Below, piece after piece: positions 1 through 12,546 of a DNA stretch of 64,000 nt. The position numbers and the translations under genes were made by a program. This DNA is from Octopus sinensis (Eukaryota). Under the pieces are notes generated by a model. The model was not told the DNA's origin. It did no database searches and saw nothing but the letters and a program-made list of their open reading frames with translations. The stretch is taken from assembly GCF_006345805.1 (NCBI RefSeq), contig NC_043013.1:20088001-20152000 (forward strand), in the 5' to 3' direction. The first letter of the stretch is position 1; every line of letters starts with the position of its first letter.

Positions 1-177
1 ATACTACACCTGATTTTTCTCCCCTCCATACACACACAAGCATGTATCTGACTCATACATTGTTCGCTTTCCAGACATTTGTACATTACTGCATATGCTT
101 TATATGCACTTTTGACAAGTTGTGGTGCACCTGAGCACTGTATACAATAATTTCATTATTATTATTATTATTATTAT
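1..177 (+). mobile_element. 3' end of CR1-type LINE with (TTA)n tail
   Basis: Near-identical to 19133-19283, which follows a CR1-like RT C-terminal ORF; ends in an (ATT)n tail at ~146-177. Confidence 0.8.
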
Positions 178-189
178 TTCATTAGTTTT

Positions 190-630
190 CATCTAGCTCC
201 ACTGAGGCCTCCATCTGGTATTAATGACCATGGAGGAAATTCATAGTTGTTTGCTCCACTGGAACAGCATTGCCTATGGCTGAACAGTTCGATACATAAA
301 AGACAATCTCTGCCATACAAGCCTGATTCCATCAGCAGCAGGTCCTTCCCCCAACCACCACCAACACCACCCTCCATTGTCACTGATGGATCCAAAGACA
401 AAACACAATAGTTAGAATTTGGCACCTGCATCGTTGCAGGAGTTTCCAGGGTGAGGTAGTAGACAACATCAATCTCCTCTTGAGGTTCTGACTCGCAATT
501 TTTCTTTAGGGTTTACACCCAGAAACTTTCCTGTGGTTGGATATGACCGTAAGGTAGTAGCAATTTGAAATCTGGGTTTCTCTTTCTCTAAATGGATTGA
601 CCTCAAGGCTAACAAACGCCATTTGCCCAA
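190..630 (-). mobile_element. Probable RTE (BovB-like) LINE 5' UTR fragment
   Basis: Minus strand reads ...ttagagaaagagaaacccagatttcaaattgctactaccttacgg...gggtgtaaaccctaaagaaaaattgcgagtc...ctggaaactcctgcaacg, resembling my recollection of RTE-BovB 5' UTRs; no search was run. Confidence 0.4.
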
Positions 631-844
631 CTGACTTGCTAATTAATCCATAACTGGGATCTTAACTCTGACAGGCAAAGTTGACCTTGGCGGAATTTGA
701 CCTGGGAGCAATAGTGGCTTAGAGGTCATTTTATATTCTTAAAAACTCTAAAACTTCCAAACATCACTGGATGCAGTTTAAAGTCAAACCCCAAGGCAGG
801 GTTGTATTGAATTCACAATAGTAAAAAGACAAAATAAAGACCTC

Positions 845-1160
845 TTTCAGTCATGAATGACCATGGGATTGCATGTAGAAAGTTACCTTCCGAGACACGA
901 GTCCAGGCAAGGTTGATTATGGGAGACCAGCAGTTGCCCATGCATACCAGCCTCCCCTCTCCCTGTCACTGATGTTATCCAAGGGAGAGGCAAAGAAGCT
1001 GATACAGCTTGACATTGCAACACATTTCTACAGCTGAGGGAAATGGAGAAATGTGAAATAAAGTGTTTTGCTCAAGAACACAACATACAGTCTGGTCTGA
1101 GAATCGAACTCAATATCTTATGATTGTGAGCCTGACACTTTAACCCCTGAGCCATGTGCA
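845..1160 (-). mobile_element. tRNA-derived SINE, family with CORE-like TGTTGTGTYCTTGAGCAARACACTTTATTTCAC body
   Basis: Pol III A/B-box-like head on minus strand; related copies at 5500-5825(-), 19950-20167(-), 29650-29980(+), 32610-32957(-), 52090-52300(+). Confidence 0.8.
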
Positions 1161-2380
1161 GCACAACAACAAAAGTGCCTATACCAATGCCACATGAAAG
1201 TGCCCATGATGGTGCCACATACAAGTGTTCATGATGGCGCCATGTAAAAACACACTTGCCAGAACACTGTAAAGAGGTTGGTCATCGGAAGGGCATCCAG
1301 CCATAGAAGCCAGGCCAAAACAGACGTATGGAGCCCAGGCAGCTCTCCAGCTGGCCAGCTCCTGTCTAACCATCCAAACCATGCTCTTATGGAGAAAGGA
1401 AGTTAAAAGAAGGAGGAGGAGGAGAAGAAGATGATGATGGTGATGATGACACTTTAACCACTGAGCCATGTGCAGCACAACAACAAAAGTGCCTATACCA
1501 ATTCCACATGGGTTGGACGGTTCGACCGGGGTCTGGGAAGCCAGGAGGCTGCACCAGGCTCCAGTCTGGTCGGGCAGTGTTTCTACAGCTAAATGCCCTT
1601 TCTAACGCCAACCACTCTGTAAGTGTAGTGGGTGCTTTTTACGTGCCACTGGCGCAGGTGCCAGGGTACGCTGGCAATGACCACGATCGGTTGGTGCTTT
1701 TTACGTGCCATCGGCACGGAAGCCAGTCAAGGCAGTGCTGGCATCGGCCATGTTCGGACAATGCTTTTTACGTGCCACCGGCACAGGTATCGCAACTACA
1801 ATTTCCATTTGTTTTTTGATGTTGATGTACTTGACTCAATGGGTCTCCTCAAGCACAGCAGGTCACCCTAAAATAATTTCTCAAGCAGCAGAATATGGAA
1901 TTAATTCCACAAAGTAAAGAGAATATAGCATATTGAATCTAGAAAACCCAGCAGTGTACTCTAACAACATGTGAAACCCTAACAAAATGATACTGTTTCA
2001 GCCTAGTTAGATCTCATCAGCTTTACTCTGTCTCAGACAGTTGGCCACATATAGGAATGTGTTGTGGTAGCATGAGATCGTTATGAAATTCACTGTAATT
2101 CTGGAACTTAACAAATAGCAGATGAATGGAAGGATTCTGTGAAAGAATATATTTTCCTGTGTTGGCAGAGCTTAGCAAGCTTAGCAAGACTATGTTACCG
2201 AAATACATACATGCTTCATAATTATATTTTTTTCTGGGAAGGTGCCGGGGGTTGGCGGTGGTGGGGAGGTAGTTTGTATTGTGATAGAATGGTTTCTGGC
2301 GGTTGTTTATATCTAGAAAATAAAGACAATCAATGCATGTGTCTGTGTATGTGCATTTGTGTGTGCATATCTATGTAACA

Positions 2381-2542
2381 TGTGTGTGTTTCTGTGTGTG
2401 TGTGTGTGTGAGTATAGACATATATCTATATACACTCACTTCCTATCCCCTCCCTCTGATGCTTTCCTGCATTTATTAATGGATTCTTCTCACATAGATT
2501 ATTGAATAAATAATGATACTTGTTTACATCCTGTGTATAATA

Positions 2543-2601
<59 letters not shown>

Positions 2602-2870
2602 TGCTATATTGTTGTATATATGTGTATGTGCACAGGCTAGAATTAGGATATAAAATATATACACATAATTATATAAAATATATAAATGTGTATGTGTATA
2701 GTATATATATATGTAATATATATATAATATATATGTATATATATATGTAATATATGTATATATATGTAAAATATATATATGTATATATATGTATATTATA
2801 TATATATATATATATATACATATATTGTAATACATATATATATGTATATATATATTTGTGTGTGTATGTA
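2381..2870. repeat. Compound (TG)n/(TA)n microsatellite tract
   Basis: Directly visible; explains the YI/CV/HT-rich pseudo-ORFs. Similar tracts at 9155-9350, 45150-45310, 53940-54220, 61490-61780. Confidence 0.95.
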
Positions 2871-3789
2871 TGTATTATATAATGAGAGCATCTTCCTCAT
2901 CATTTTACATCTGCTTTCCATGCTGGTATGGGTTCAACAGTTTGTGGCAGTCTTAGTCAGTTCTTATTTAGAATCATTCGCCCTCTTAGACAGACAAACG
3001 TGTCTGAACATAAATATATATTTAAAATCATATCGATGTCTATATACATTTGTGTAAATTTATATAACTCTCTCTCCCCCCCTCTCTCTCTCTCTCTCAC
3101 ACACACATTCCTTATGTGTGTAAATTTACATTCTGTATCTAAATATATATGTGTGTGTGTGTGTGTGTGTATGTGCGCGCATGTAAATTCTCTCCACTCA
3201 CATTTGTGAATATTATCGTTATCAACATCAATTTGCATCTGCTTTCCTGTGCTGGGTCATCTTGAGGTAGCTTCATATTTAACGATATTTTCTTCCTGAA
3301 CGGTTTGGAGAATCGTTCTTTGCTTGAATAGTAATTAAGTTTATCTGAGAGAGCAAGACATCACATATGGCTCTAGGGTGACGGCAAACGGCACAGCCAA
3401 GATTGAATATTGAGGATAGCAGAAACACTTGGTCCAGAAACATCCGATCCGCATTCTTTACAGCAATTCTGCTGTATTAGTCATTAAGCATGGCAAGTTT
3501 TTGTATCACCTAATAGAAAATACAAAAAACTAGCCAGAGGTGCAGGGGGTGCTGGGGATGCGATTGCAACCCCAAGAATTTTTGTGGAGTGCAAAAGCAG
3601 AATTTTCACCTGCTACTTTCTCATCTCAGGTTTAGAAAACTGCGTAAAAATTGATCTGTAAAACGTAGCTTGAATTAGGTTTCTTCTCAAAGAACATAAA
3701 TAAATAAATAAAAAGACATGACCTTATTTGTAAAATTTGTTGGACCTGGGTTTGCACCCCACACCCAAGCAAATTTCATTCCTGAGTCA

Positions 3790-4100
3790 GTGGCCATTGC
3801 TCAACTCCACCAGTTATTTTAAAGCTTTCAGCAATAATTCCTGGTGAAGACAGGTGCCTTCATATCATTAACTGCTTTATCTCCCATACTGCTGTGAACT
3901 TGGATGGGTGGTCCCTCGATTGAGTCTACTCAGGGTGGCCCTTCTCTCTTATATACTCTCCACATTCAGCAACCTCTCATAAAAGCTTTGCATCTCATTC
4001 AACAAAGCTCGTGCTGTTGTGGGGGTTTACTCAGGCACCTCTGGAATCCTAATGGAAGGGGCCAAAACATCTACTGAACTGCTGCACTTAAAAGTTTGGG
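3790..4100 (-). mobile_element. Decayed RTE LINE fragment (pre-RT region)
   Basis: Minus strand gives DKAVNDMK and SPGIIAESFKITGGV, matching the RTE motif KAxxxMKxGKAPGPSGIxAE; a homologous copy lies at 7020-7640. Confidence 0.6.
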
Positions 4101-4420
4101 GTATGATCATACCTTGCCTGAATAGTATTAAGATTATCTGAGAAAGCAAACCATCACATTTGGCTCAAGGGTGAGGACAAATGGTGCAGCAAGATCAAAT
4201 ATTGAGGGTAGTTCGAAACAGCTGGTCCAGAGTCGTAACATCTAACTCAGCACAGCTCATGCTGTTGTTTAGGGTTTTCTCATCTCCATTGGTGGGTGGC
4301 CTCAAGGAACTCTTTTGTCTCAGTGGATGGGGCCAAAACACCCACAGATCTGCTTCACTGCCTGGTGAGACATTGATTCAAGTATTCAGAGAGGGTATAC
4401 GGCAGCAGCACCCTCAGTGG

Positions 4421-4907
4421 ATCATCATCATCATTGTTCGACCGTGGTCGAGACAATGGAATTTACCATGTTGCGCCAGACTTCACGGTCCATCATAGCA
4501 TTACGGAGGTCCTGTTGCTGGATGCCTGTATCCCTGGAGATTACATCAGGGTAGGAGAGTGTGCGCCCTCTGGTGTTGCGAGTAGATGGCTTCCAGAGGA
4601 GAAGAGTAGAAATTACTTCTTTTTCAGCTCTACAACAATGTCCAGCAAACTGGACTCTCCTACCCTTCACAAGAGATGACACAGGTGGTAATTTCCCATA
4701 TATTTGCATTTTAGTTGGATGGCGCCTCCACGAGAGATTTTGAGCTCTCATAAGGAGGCGAGTGTAGGTTCCATCCAACCGCCTCTCAAGCTTCTTTGAT
4801 AACGTCCAGGTTTCTGAGCCATATAGTAGGATTGGTTCGACTGTGGCTTTGAATATTTCAAGTTTGAAGTCTCTACTTAGATTTGATGACCAGATCTTAT
4901 GCATGTC
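4421..4907 (-). mobile_element. 5'-truncated young RTE LINE, intact C-terminal ORF and (GAT)n tail
   Basis: ORF 4431-4904 contains FKATVEPILLYGSETWTL, QFAGHCCR and DREVWRNMV; stop codon runs into ATGATGATGAT. Confidence 0.92.
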
Positions 4908-4918
4908 ATCTTATGCAT

Positions 4919-5239
4919 GGAGGCACAATGGCCCAATGGTTAGGGCAGCGGAATTGCGGTCAGAGGATCGCGGTTTCGATTCCCAGATCAGGCGTTGTGT
5001 GTGTTTATTGAGCGAAAACACCTAAAGCTCCATGAGGCTCCGGCAGGGGGTGGTGACGACCCCTGTTGTACTCTTTCGCTCCAACTTTCTCTCACTCTTT
5101 CTTCCTGTTTCTTGTCCCCGACTTCCTATGCAACCGCTGAGCCTGGATGCGCATTCATCCATCCATCGATGCTCTCAGTGTCGGGGGTTGACCTGCTTTC
5201 TCTTCTGCGGGTCTTACGAATAGCAAAGGATTACGTTTC
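4919..5239 (+). mobile_element. tRNA-derived SINE
   Basis: Head ggaggcacaaTGGCCCAATGGttagggcagcgg...GGTTTCGATTCCC with A and B boxes, followed by a non-tRNA body. Confidence 0.8.
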
Positions 5240-5829
5240 GAACTTCTCCCACTGGACGAAGACCGCTACACTCAACAGCAACAGCAGCACCCTCAGAACC
5301 GCAGAGTTTACCATAAATGTCTATGGCTTGATGCCCTTTCTCCTACCAACCCCTTTATAGGGTGTGTTTTATCATGGCACCACCTCCAAAGGGGTTGTTG
5401 GGTCCTCAGTAAGACAACACTAAGAACCATCTTGTCCATTATTGTCTCTTCTCATTCACCAACCAGTAAACAGGTATTTTGTCTTGGCACCAGCACTAGT
5501 GTCTGGCACTCCATCAGTTATGATGACTTAGGTTCCAGTTGATCTGATCAATGGTACAGCTTGCTCTGGAAATTAATTTGAAAGTGACTGAACACTCCAC
5601 AGACATGCAGACTCTTAACGTAGTTCTGAGGCAGATTCAGTGTGACACAGAATGTGACAAAACTGGCCCCCTTTGAATTACAGGTACTACTAATTTTTGC
5701 CAGCTGAGTGGACTGGAGCAATGTGAAATAAAGTGTCTTGCACAAGGACACAATGCATCACTGGAAATCGAACTCACAACCTTACAATTGTGAGCCAAAC
5801 ACTCAAACCACTAAGGTATGTGCCTTGTA

Positions 5830-6880
5830 CTCTATAAAACAAAAGGGATCCTCTCTGTTGCATGTTGTTGCTGTTGATGCAGGGTAACATGACTAATGCA
5901 GTGGAGGGGGTCGAGAGAGGGAGATTGTAGAAGGTGAACTAAGAAGGAAGGACGGATGATGTGGGAGCATGAGGGGGGGTGGCAGGAGTAATTAGGGTGA
6001 CAGCTGGAAGAGGGTGGGGAGAAAAGGGGTAGAGGTTGCTAGAAGGAGTAATGGTAGAAAGTGTAATTGTAGGTGGTACTGAGAGAGAAGGTGAGTGACG
6101 GGTAGCTGTAAAATGGTCGGTGGCATGTGTGTGGTGGATGCCAGTTGTGAGTGACCTGAAGGTGGGTGGGGGGGCATTAGCTAGCAGTATAAAAAGGGTA
6201 TTTTAGATGGAGAGGGTATGAGCGATGGGTAATTATGATGGTGATGGAAGGAGACTGATGAAAAAACTGAGTGGGAGGAAATGATGTTTGGGTGGGGGGT
6301 GCATTGGATGTGATGTAATCTATCATTAGGGAGGAGTTTGTGATGGGGAGGATGGTAATGACATTAAAATATTGTTGGTAAGAGTGGAGGACCTGGTTGG
6401 GGGGATGAGGTATCAGATACCAATGGAACTGATAGAATCTCTGGAAATATTCAGGTAACATGATGAAAGGGATGCACTAGATGCTGTTGAAAGACTGGCA
6501 GTGAGTGATGAATTGTGGGAGATGGGAGATGTACTGGATGTTGGTAAAAGGGGAGATGTTAGCTGTTAAGAAAGTGATGGATGTCACCTGAAGAGAATCA
6601 TCAAACAGTACAGGTGTAAAAGAAAGGCTGCATTGGATATTAACAGATCCAAAGTATATCCTCTTATTTCTGGAGCAACACTATGTGGGGAAGAATGGAA
6701 AACTAGGGATGGTGGAAGAGCTGGGAATTGTGTACAGGTAGACGTAGTTTCTCTTTCATTCCATGGGTGGCTGGGTACAGTGAATAGGGAGGTGTGCTAG
6801 AGAGATGAGAGAGTATTGAGTAAACAAGGGAGACAGGTAGAAACTCAGCAGGTACAAAAAGGGATTAAAGGCCCACCTGT
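5830..6880 (-). mobile_element. Highly decayed Penelope-like RT relic
   Basis: Minus strand has remnants read as xVxxLYT-IP (~6745), WxIxDTSxP (~6405-6420) and RERIPFVL (~5845), spaced ~900 bp apart as in PLE RT; partial second copy at 20170-20610. Confidence 0.45.
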
Positions 6881-7019
6881 AGAAACATATATATCAGTTT
6901 CCACTAGTGCTTTCGTTTTACTAAGCTTATCCTAGTGGTCACTTCATCTCACTCATTGTGTTTTTTTCCAAATCCTGGTCTTTTGTTATCTCCTTTGTGA
7001 GATGCACCATCTTGAAATC

Positions 7020-7640
7020 ACTTCTATTACGCCCTGTTCCACCGATTCCATTCTTTTTGAGAGATTGGCACATCTTCCTGCAGCTGTCATTATCCATATA
7101 CTTTACAATAATTCTGCCACACTAGTCATTAGGCATGGTAATACCAAAGACTAGTCATTGCCCAAATCCACCAGATATTTTAAGCATCTCAGCAATAATT
7201 CCTGGTGAAGACATGTGCCTTCATATCTATTTCTTTACTACCCACAAGGGGCTAAACACAGAGGGGATAAACAAGGACAGACAAACAAATTAAGTCGATT
7301 ATATCGACCCCAGTGCGTAACTGGTACTTAATTTATCGACTCCGAAAGGATGAAAGGCAAAGATTTGAACTCAGAACGTAGCAGCAGACGAAATACGGTT
7401 AAGCATTCACCCGGCATGCTACCGTTTCTGCCAGCTTGCTGCCTCATATCATTATGTGCTTTCATATCATTAACTGCTTTATCTCCCATACTGCTGTGAA
7501 CTTGGATGGCTGCTCCCTCGATTGAGTCTACCCAGGGTGGTCCTTCTCTCTTATATGTTCTTCACATTCAGCAACTTATCACAAAAGCTCGTCCATATTC
7601 TTTCTTTTCATCAATATTATAGGCAATCATGCTTCCATTG
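7020..7640 (-). mobile_element. Decayed RTE fragment interrupted by a SINE (7229-7450)
   Basis: Homologous to 3790-4000; the inserted SINE is flanked by the repeat atgtgc(c/t)ttcatatc (~7214-7228 and ~7454-7468). Confidence 0.65.
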
Positions 7641-8603
7641 TTCCAAATATATTTCTCTCCCAAAATGTGTATACATGTGTATCATGTTTTATACATTTCA
7701 TGTATATATATTTACAAATTATTAATCGAATCACAGATATTTTATTAACCCCCAACCAGTGGTCAAAGGAGACTTCTGGATTGAGTTCGGGGAATTTAAC
7801 AGAAATTGATGGTCTCTTAATAAATATTGTGACTTGTCCTCCCTACAGTCTGCAATAGTGAACTGTGCCTCCCCATAGAACACCTGTTCTGATTAATAAA
7901 TTGATGGATGGATAAGGAAATATACAGACAGATGGCTGACTGACTGACTGATTGAATGAATGGATAACTGAATAGACAGATGGATTGAAGGGGTAGAGGA
8001 ACTGTTCTGGTTTGGTACACAGCTATAATGATTGATGGATCCTGGTAAAGACCTTGTCTGATTGAATTAAGTTTTGGGTGTGTAAATAAGCCAAAATGAT
8101 ACCACTCCTCTGTTAGCTTCAAGCTGATTGATTGCTTGAGAGATAAAGAGAACAAAAGAAAGAAAAGAACTGCAGAATCAACTCCAATACCAGATTGGTA
8201 TTTCATTTATTGACTCTGGAAGGAAGAAAGACAAAGCTGAACTTGGTGTGATTTGAACTTTGGGTACAGAGAGCCAGAAGTGGCTCAGATGCTGTAATAA
8301 CCCTATTAATTCATTACCTTCTAATTTATTATTTTCAATTAGCCTAGAGAGGAAAGGTAATGTCAATAAATCCCTTTTTCTTTTCAGGGATTCTGAGATA
8401 AGGAGGAAGTTTTCCCCTGATTGAGGACCAGGTCTAAAAACAAGGACCAGGTACTGGGATTAAAACCAGGCAATGGGTTAAGTCAGCTACTACACAACTG
8501 GAACAGCCCCTGTTGACCATTCCTCTCAAGTCGTTCATCCACCAATGTCGATGGTGGAAGAGATTTACCCATAAATTGTCTGAACCCAAAACCACAAGAT
8601 TAA

Positions 8604-8823
8604 CCCTTTTGTTAATGTATTTATTTTGAGAGGCTCTGTGTCTCTTTCAATTACTTTAAATATAACAAAGAATTTAGTAAAATAACTTGGTTATTATTCA
8701 GCTAGTGTTAGGAGCATAAATTCTGACTAAGGTTTGGTGAATGATTTTAGTTCAAAACTTATGAAAACATGACATTTGTACTTAGAGCCAGAGGTGGTTT
8801 CAGCTGGTTTGGTAACGAAAGGG
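8604..8823. mobile_element. piggyBac-like MITE
   Basis: TTAA at 8600-8603 and 8824-8827; termini CCCTTTTGTTA / TAACGAAAGGG. Confidence 0.75.
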
Positions 8824-9163
8824 TTAAGAAGCAAACTTGTGCATTGTCCATTGAGTCCACTCTACCAAAAATGATGTGATATGACTAATGTAAGAGTAGA
8901 ATTTTGATATGAAGAGTGGTCAATAGATAGCCAAAGAGAGGGACAATACTGTTAAAACATTGGGGTGTCATTAATAAATATATTTAATGTTAAAACCAAT
9001 CAATAAATTGGTCAGTATTGATGTAAATTTTATTGATCTAATTTGAATTATAAATTACTTTAGTCCTATCTTTACTGTCCACTGAGTGTATGTATTTGGG
9101 ATGGTGGCCAAAAGTGGCCACAACTAGCCTACTATAAGACATGTAAATATGTAGATGTATGTG

Positions 9164-9215
<52 letters not shown>

Positions 9216-9511
9216 GTATGTGTGTGCGTGTATGTATATATATGTGTGTGTATATATGTATGTGTGTGCGTGTATGTATATATATGTGTGTGTATATATA
9301 TATATGTGTGTGTGTATGTATATATATATGTGCGTGTTTGTATATATGTATATATAAAGTGGTGTGTATCTGTTTAGGATGGTAGCCAAAGGCAGAAAGT
9401 GGAGTAGTTTATTTAAATATAGAAGCTGTCTGTTTGTTTGTCAAGTGTAATGGCCAGGATCCAGAACATATTAGTTCTTAAAAAGCATAATTTTTTTTTC
9501 CGTGTGTATAT

Positions 9512-9546
<35 letters not shown>

Positions 9547-9602
9547 TGTTGGCGATTTTTTTTTCCTCTGTCTTCCCTTCTCTGGATCTTTCCTTTTCCT
9601 AT

Positions 9603-9637
9603 GTTTCTGACGAAGAGCTCCACTTGAAATGTAAAAC
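9603..9637 (+). ncRNA. Degenerate minimal type I hammerhead ribozyme motif
   Basis: GTTT-CTGACGA-agagctccactt-GAAA-t-GTA-AAAC; core intact, stem II decayed; lies in a ~190-bp unit between (TA)n tracts. Confidence 0.55.
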
Positions 9638-9740
9638 CTTCCTTCTTTCCTTCCTTCCTGAGCGTCCAATAACACTATACTTGTTCCACGTCCACGCGTT
9701 GTTGTATTTTCTCTTTGTGTTTTCATGTTTGGATTAACTT

Positions 9741-9773
<33 letters not shown>

Positions 9774-9870
9774 GAGTGTATTTTTGAATAGTATCAGTGG
9801 AATTTTTGAAACATGTGTCGAAAGTAAAAATATTTGATTACACCTGCGTTAAACTCCATTTATTTATTCA

Positions 9871-9901
<31 letters not shown>

Positions 9902-10540
9902 GTATATGTATAGTCATTAGTCAGTTTTCATCCAGGAGTGGACTGGTCACTCTCAACATAAAGTGCCACTTGCTGTGGTCCTTCATCATTTTGAAACTTT
10001 GCAGCCCGAGATCAATCTTAACCATTTCTCTCCTCTTCCTCGGATTCCTTGAGCTAGCATCTTATGATATCTTGTTCATCCAACTACTACCATTCTTTGT
10101 GTTGCCTTAAATGAATAGAGACAGCATAAAGGTGCAGAAGAGTCTTCAGCTAACATGTCGTCTAGTGTTAGTGCCACGATAACACACAGCCAGTACAAGC
10201 AAGACTTGTTGCCATACACATGCAGAAGGGCATGTCCCAAATAGGGACTTGCTCAAACCATGACAACTGTATCTCACCTATGTCAGCACGGAAGGTAAAT
10301 GTAGAATGCTGATAATACATTGATCCATCTGTATGTATGATGATAGCTGTATGTATTTCATTGCATTTAGCTTGAAATTGGTCCAATACATAATCGGACA
10401 GTTGTATTTATTATTTTTTCATTTGCCTGTGCTGTAGGAGAAATATTTTTAGCATCTTGGAGAGGTTTTTCTGACCCCTTTAATATAATATGGTCCAACC
10501 CGTGCTAGCACGGAAAACGGACGTTAAATGATGATGATGA

Positions 10541-10582
<42 letters not shown>

Positions 10583-11339
10583 TGAGAGAGCTTGATAGAT
10601 AGATTAGACACCTACACATGCCTATATGTATGCATATATCATCATATTATGTGTGTGCAAGTGTGTGTGTGTATTTAAGTATGAATATTTCCCCAACCTA
10701 CATCCATTATATCATCTATATATACATAATTAACCATTAAGATAGAATTCCTTCTGCCGTATTGTTTGCTAATAAATTCTCAGAATTTGAAACGCTCGAG
10801 TAATATCTCCATTTCTTCGCAGTTTTTCTTGCCAATCTTCGACATCAGATGGGACTTAGTTACCTGGCTTTGTGAGATGCCCCGATCTGCTCCTCTACAC
10901 AATTGGCAGCCTTTTAGTTCGTTAGTCAATATACAGTCATTTTTGTTAATAAAGATTAGTTTGTGGCTGTGTCATCTCTGTGATGCTGCTTGTGCAGCTG
11001 CTCTCTGCTGCTGCCAAATAGACCTTTGTTTGGTTAAGCTAATATATTTTAATCTGTGTCACATTATGATAGGTGTTGTTGAATTAAGACCCAAGCTTCC
11101 CGCTGAGATATATTTGCGGCATGGCTTTAGCTCGTTTATTAGAAATTGCTTATGTTCGTTGTCATTATTGTCATTCTCATTATCATCAAAATATCAAGCC
11201 TACTTTCCCATAATTTGATGGTTTGGTCATGTCTTCTATACAGCATTGCACCATATATTGCAGCCCCCTCATCATCCCCATTAGCCCTCACCAATTCTTC
11301 TCAGGTCAGGTCCTGAGTTTTCTTCTTCATCTGTACATT

Positions 11340-11690
11340 TCTTCCACATGGGTCTCTTATCACGTCTTTCCCCAACTGCCGCCTTCCTGCCCCTTCCTCT
11401 TCCTCCTCCTCCTCTCCTCTTCTTCCTTCTTCTCCTTCTCTCCTCCTCTTCTTCCTTCTTCTCCTTCTCTCCTCCTCTTCTTCCTTCTTCTCCTTCTCTC
11501 CTCCTCTCCTTCCACGTCCTCCCCTTCGTCTTTCCTTCCTCATCCTTTTCCCCTCTGCCTCCTTCTCCCCTCCTTCCCTTCCGCATCCTCTCCCTCTGTC
11601 TCTCCTCCTCATCCCTTCCCCCTTCTTCTTCTCCTTTTCCTCCTCCTCCTCTTTTCCTTTCCTTTCTCCTTTCCCCTCCCCCATAGCCAT
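11340..11690. repeat. Polypyrimidine (CT/CCT/CTT) low-complexity tract
   Basis: Directly visible; a similar tract lies at 57545-58010. Confidence 0.9.
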
Positions 11691-12317
11691 CACATACCTG
11701 CCGTACCACCTCAGTTTCCTTTCTTACACCTTACATCAGCTTCCTCCTTGTCTAGTTTTTCTCTCTACACAGTTTCCCACTCAACACGTCACATGCATTA
11801 TTAACCCTTCAACATTCAGATTATTTACGTCAAATGAAATACTTATTTATTCACACTCTTTACCATCATTACCATCATCATCATCATCATTTAATGTCCG
11901 TTTTCCATACTGACATTGGCTGGATGGCATTGGCAGGATGACAAGGCCAGGGATGGCTGGATGTCCTTTCCAATGCCAACCACTCCACAGAGCGTACCGC
12001 ATGCTTTTTACACGTTATCAGCACCAGTTGTCATTATGTGGTACCAGCACACCATGCCTACTGTTTTGGATTAATCATGCATTATCCAGTAGCTTCAAGA
12101 TCTCAATGACGTGATTGTTTATTTTTAGAGTGACTTGTGGGGTAGGTGTCAGAGTCCAGATCTAACCAGTTTGGACATAAAACAGAATATTTGGGCTGGA
12201 TATGGTCAGTTCAAATGCTAAAGGGTTACCATTGTACATCCTATGGTATATACTCGCCTCACTGTTTCTGTACCCATTCACACTTTCAGTGTCCATGTAT
12301 CACTGCCATGCAACACT

Positions 12318-12546
12318 TATTTCTTTACTACCCACAAGGGGCTAAACACAGAGGGGACAAACAAGGACAGACAAGCGGATTAAGTCGATTACATCGACCC
12401 CAGTGCGTAACTGGTACTTAATATATCGACCCCGAAAGGATGAAAGGCAAAGTCGACCTTGGCAGAATTTGAACTCAGAACGTAATGGCAGACGAAATAT
12501 GGCTACGGATTTTGGCCTGCGTGGTAACGTTTCTGCCAGCTCGCTA
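12318..12546 (-). mobile_element. tRNA-derived SINE (GGCGGCGAGCTGGCAGAA family) with 12-bp TSD
   Basis: TSD ccatgcaacact at 12306-12317 and 12547-12558; other copies at 7229-7450, 13450-13620, 38560-39040, 39190-39380, 49545-50200, 60290-61015. Confidence 0.88.

Noticed and set aside
540-640. HDV-like ribozyme expected at RTE 5' ends
   Set aside because: I could not fit the nested double pseudoknot by eye; a descriptor search would be needed.
4919-4990. tRNA-like sequence
   Set aside because: No CCA or acceptor stem closure, and it continues into a repeat body: a SINE head, not a tRNA gene.
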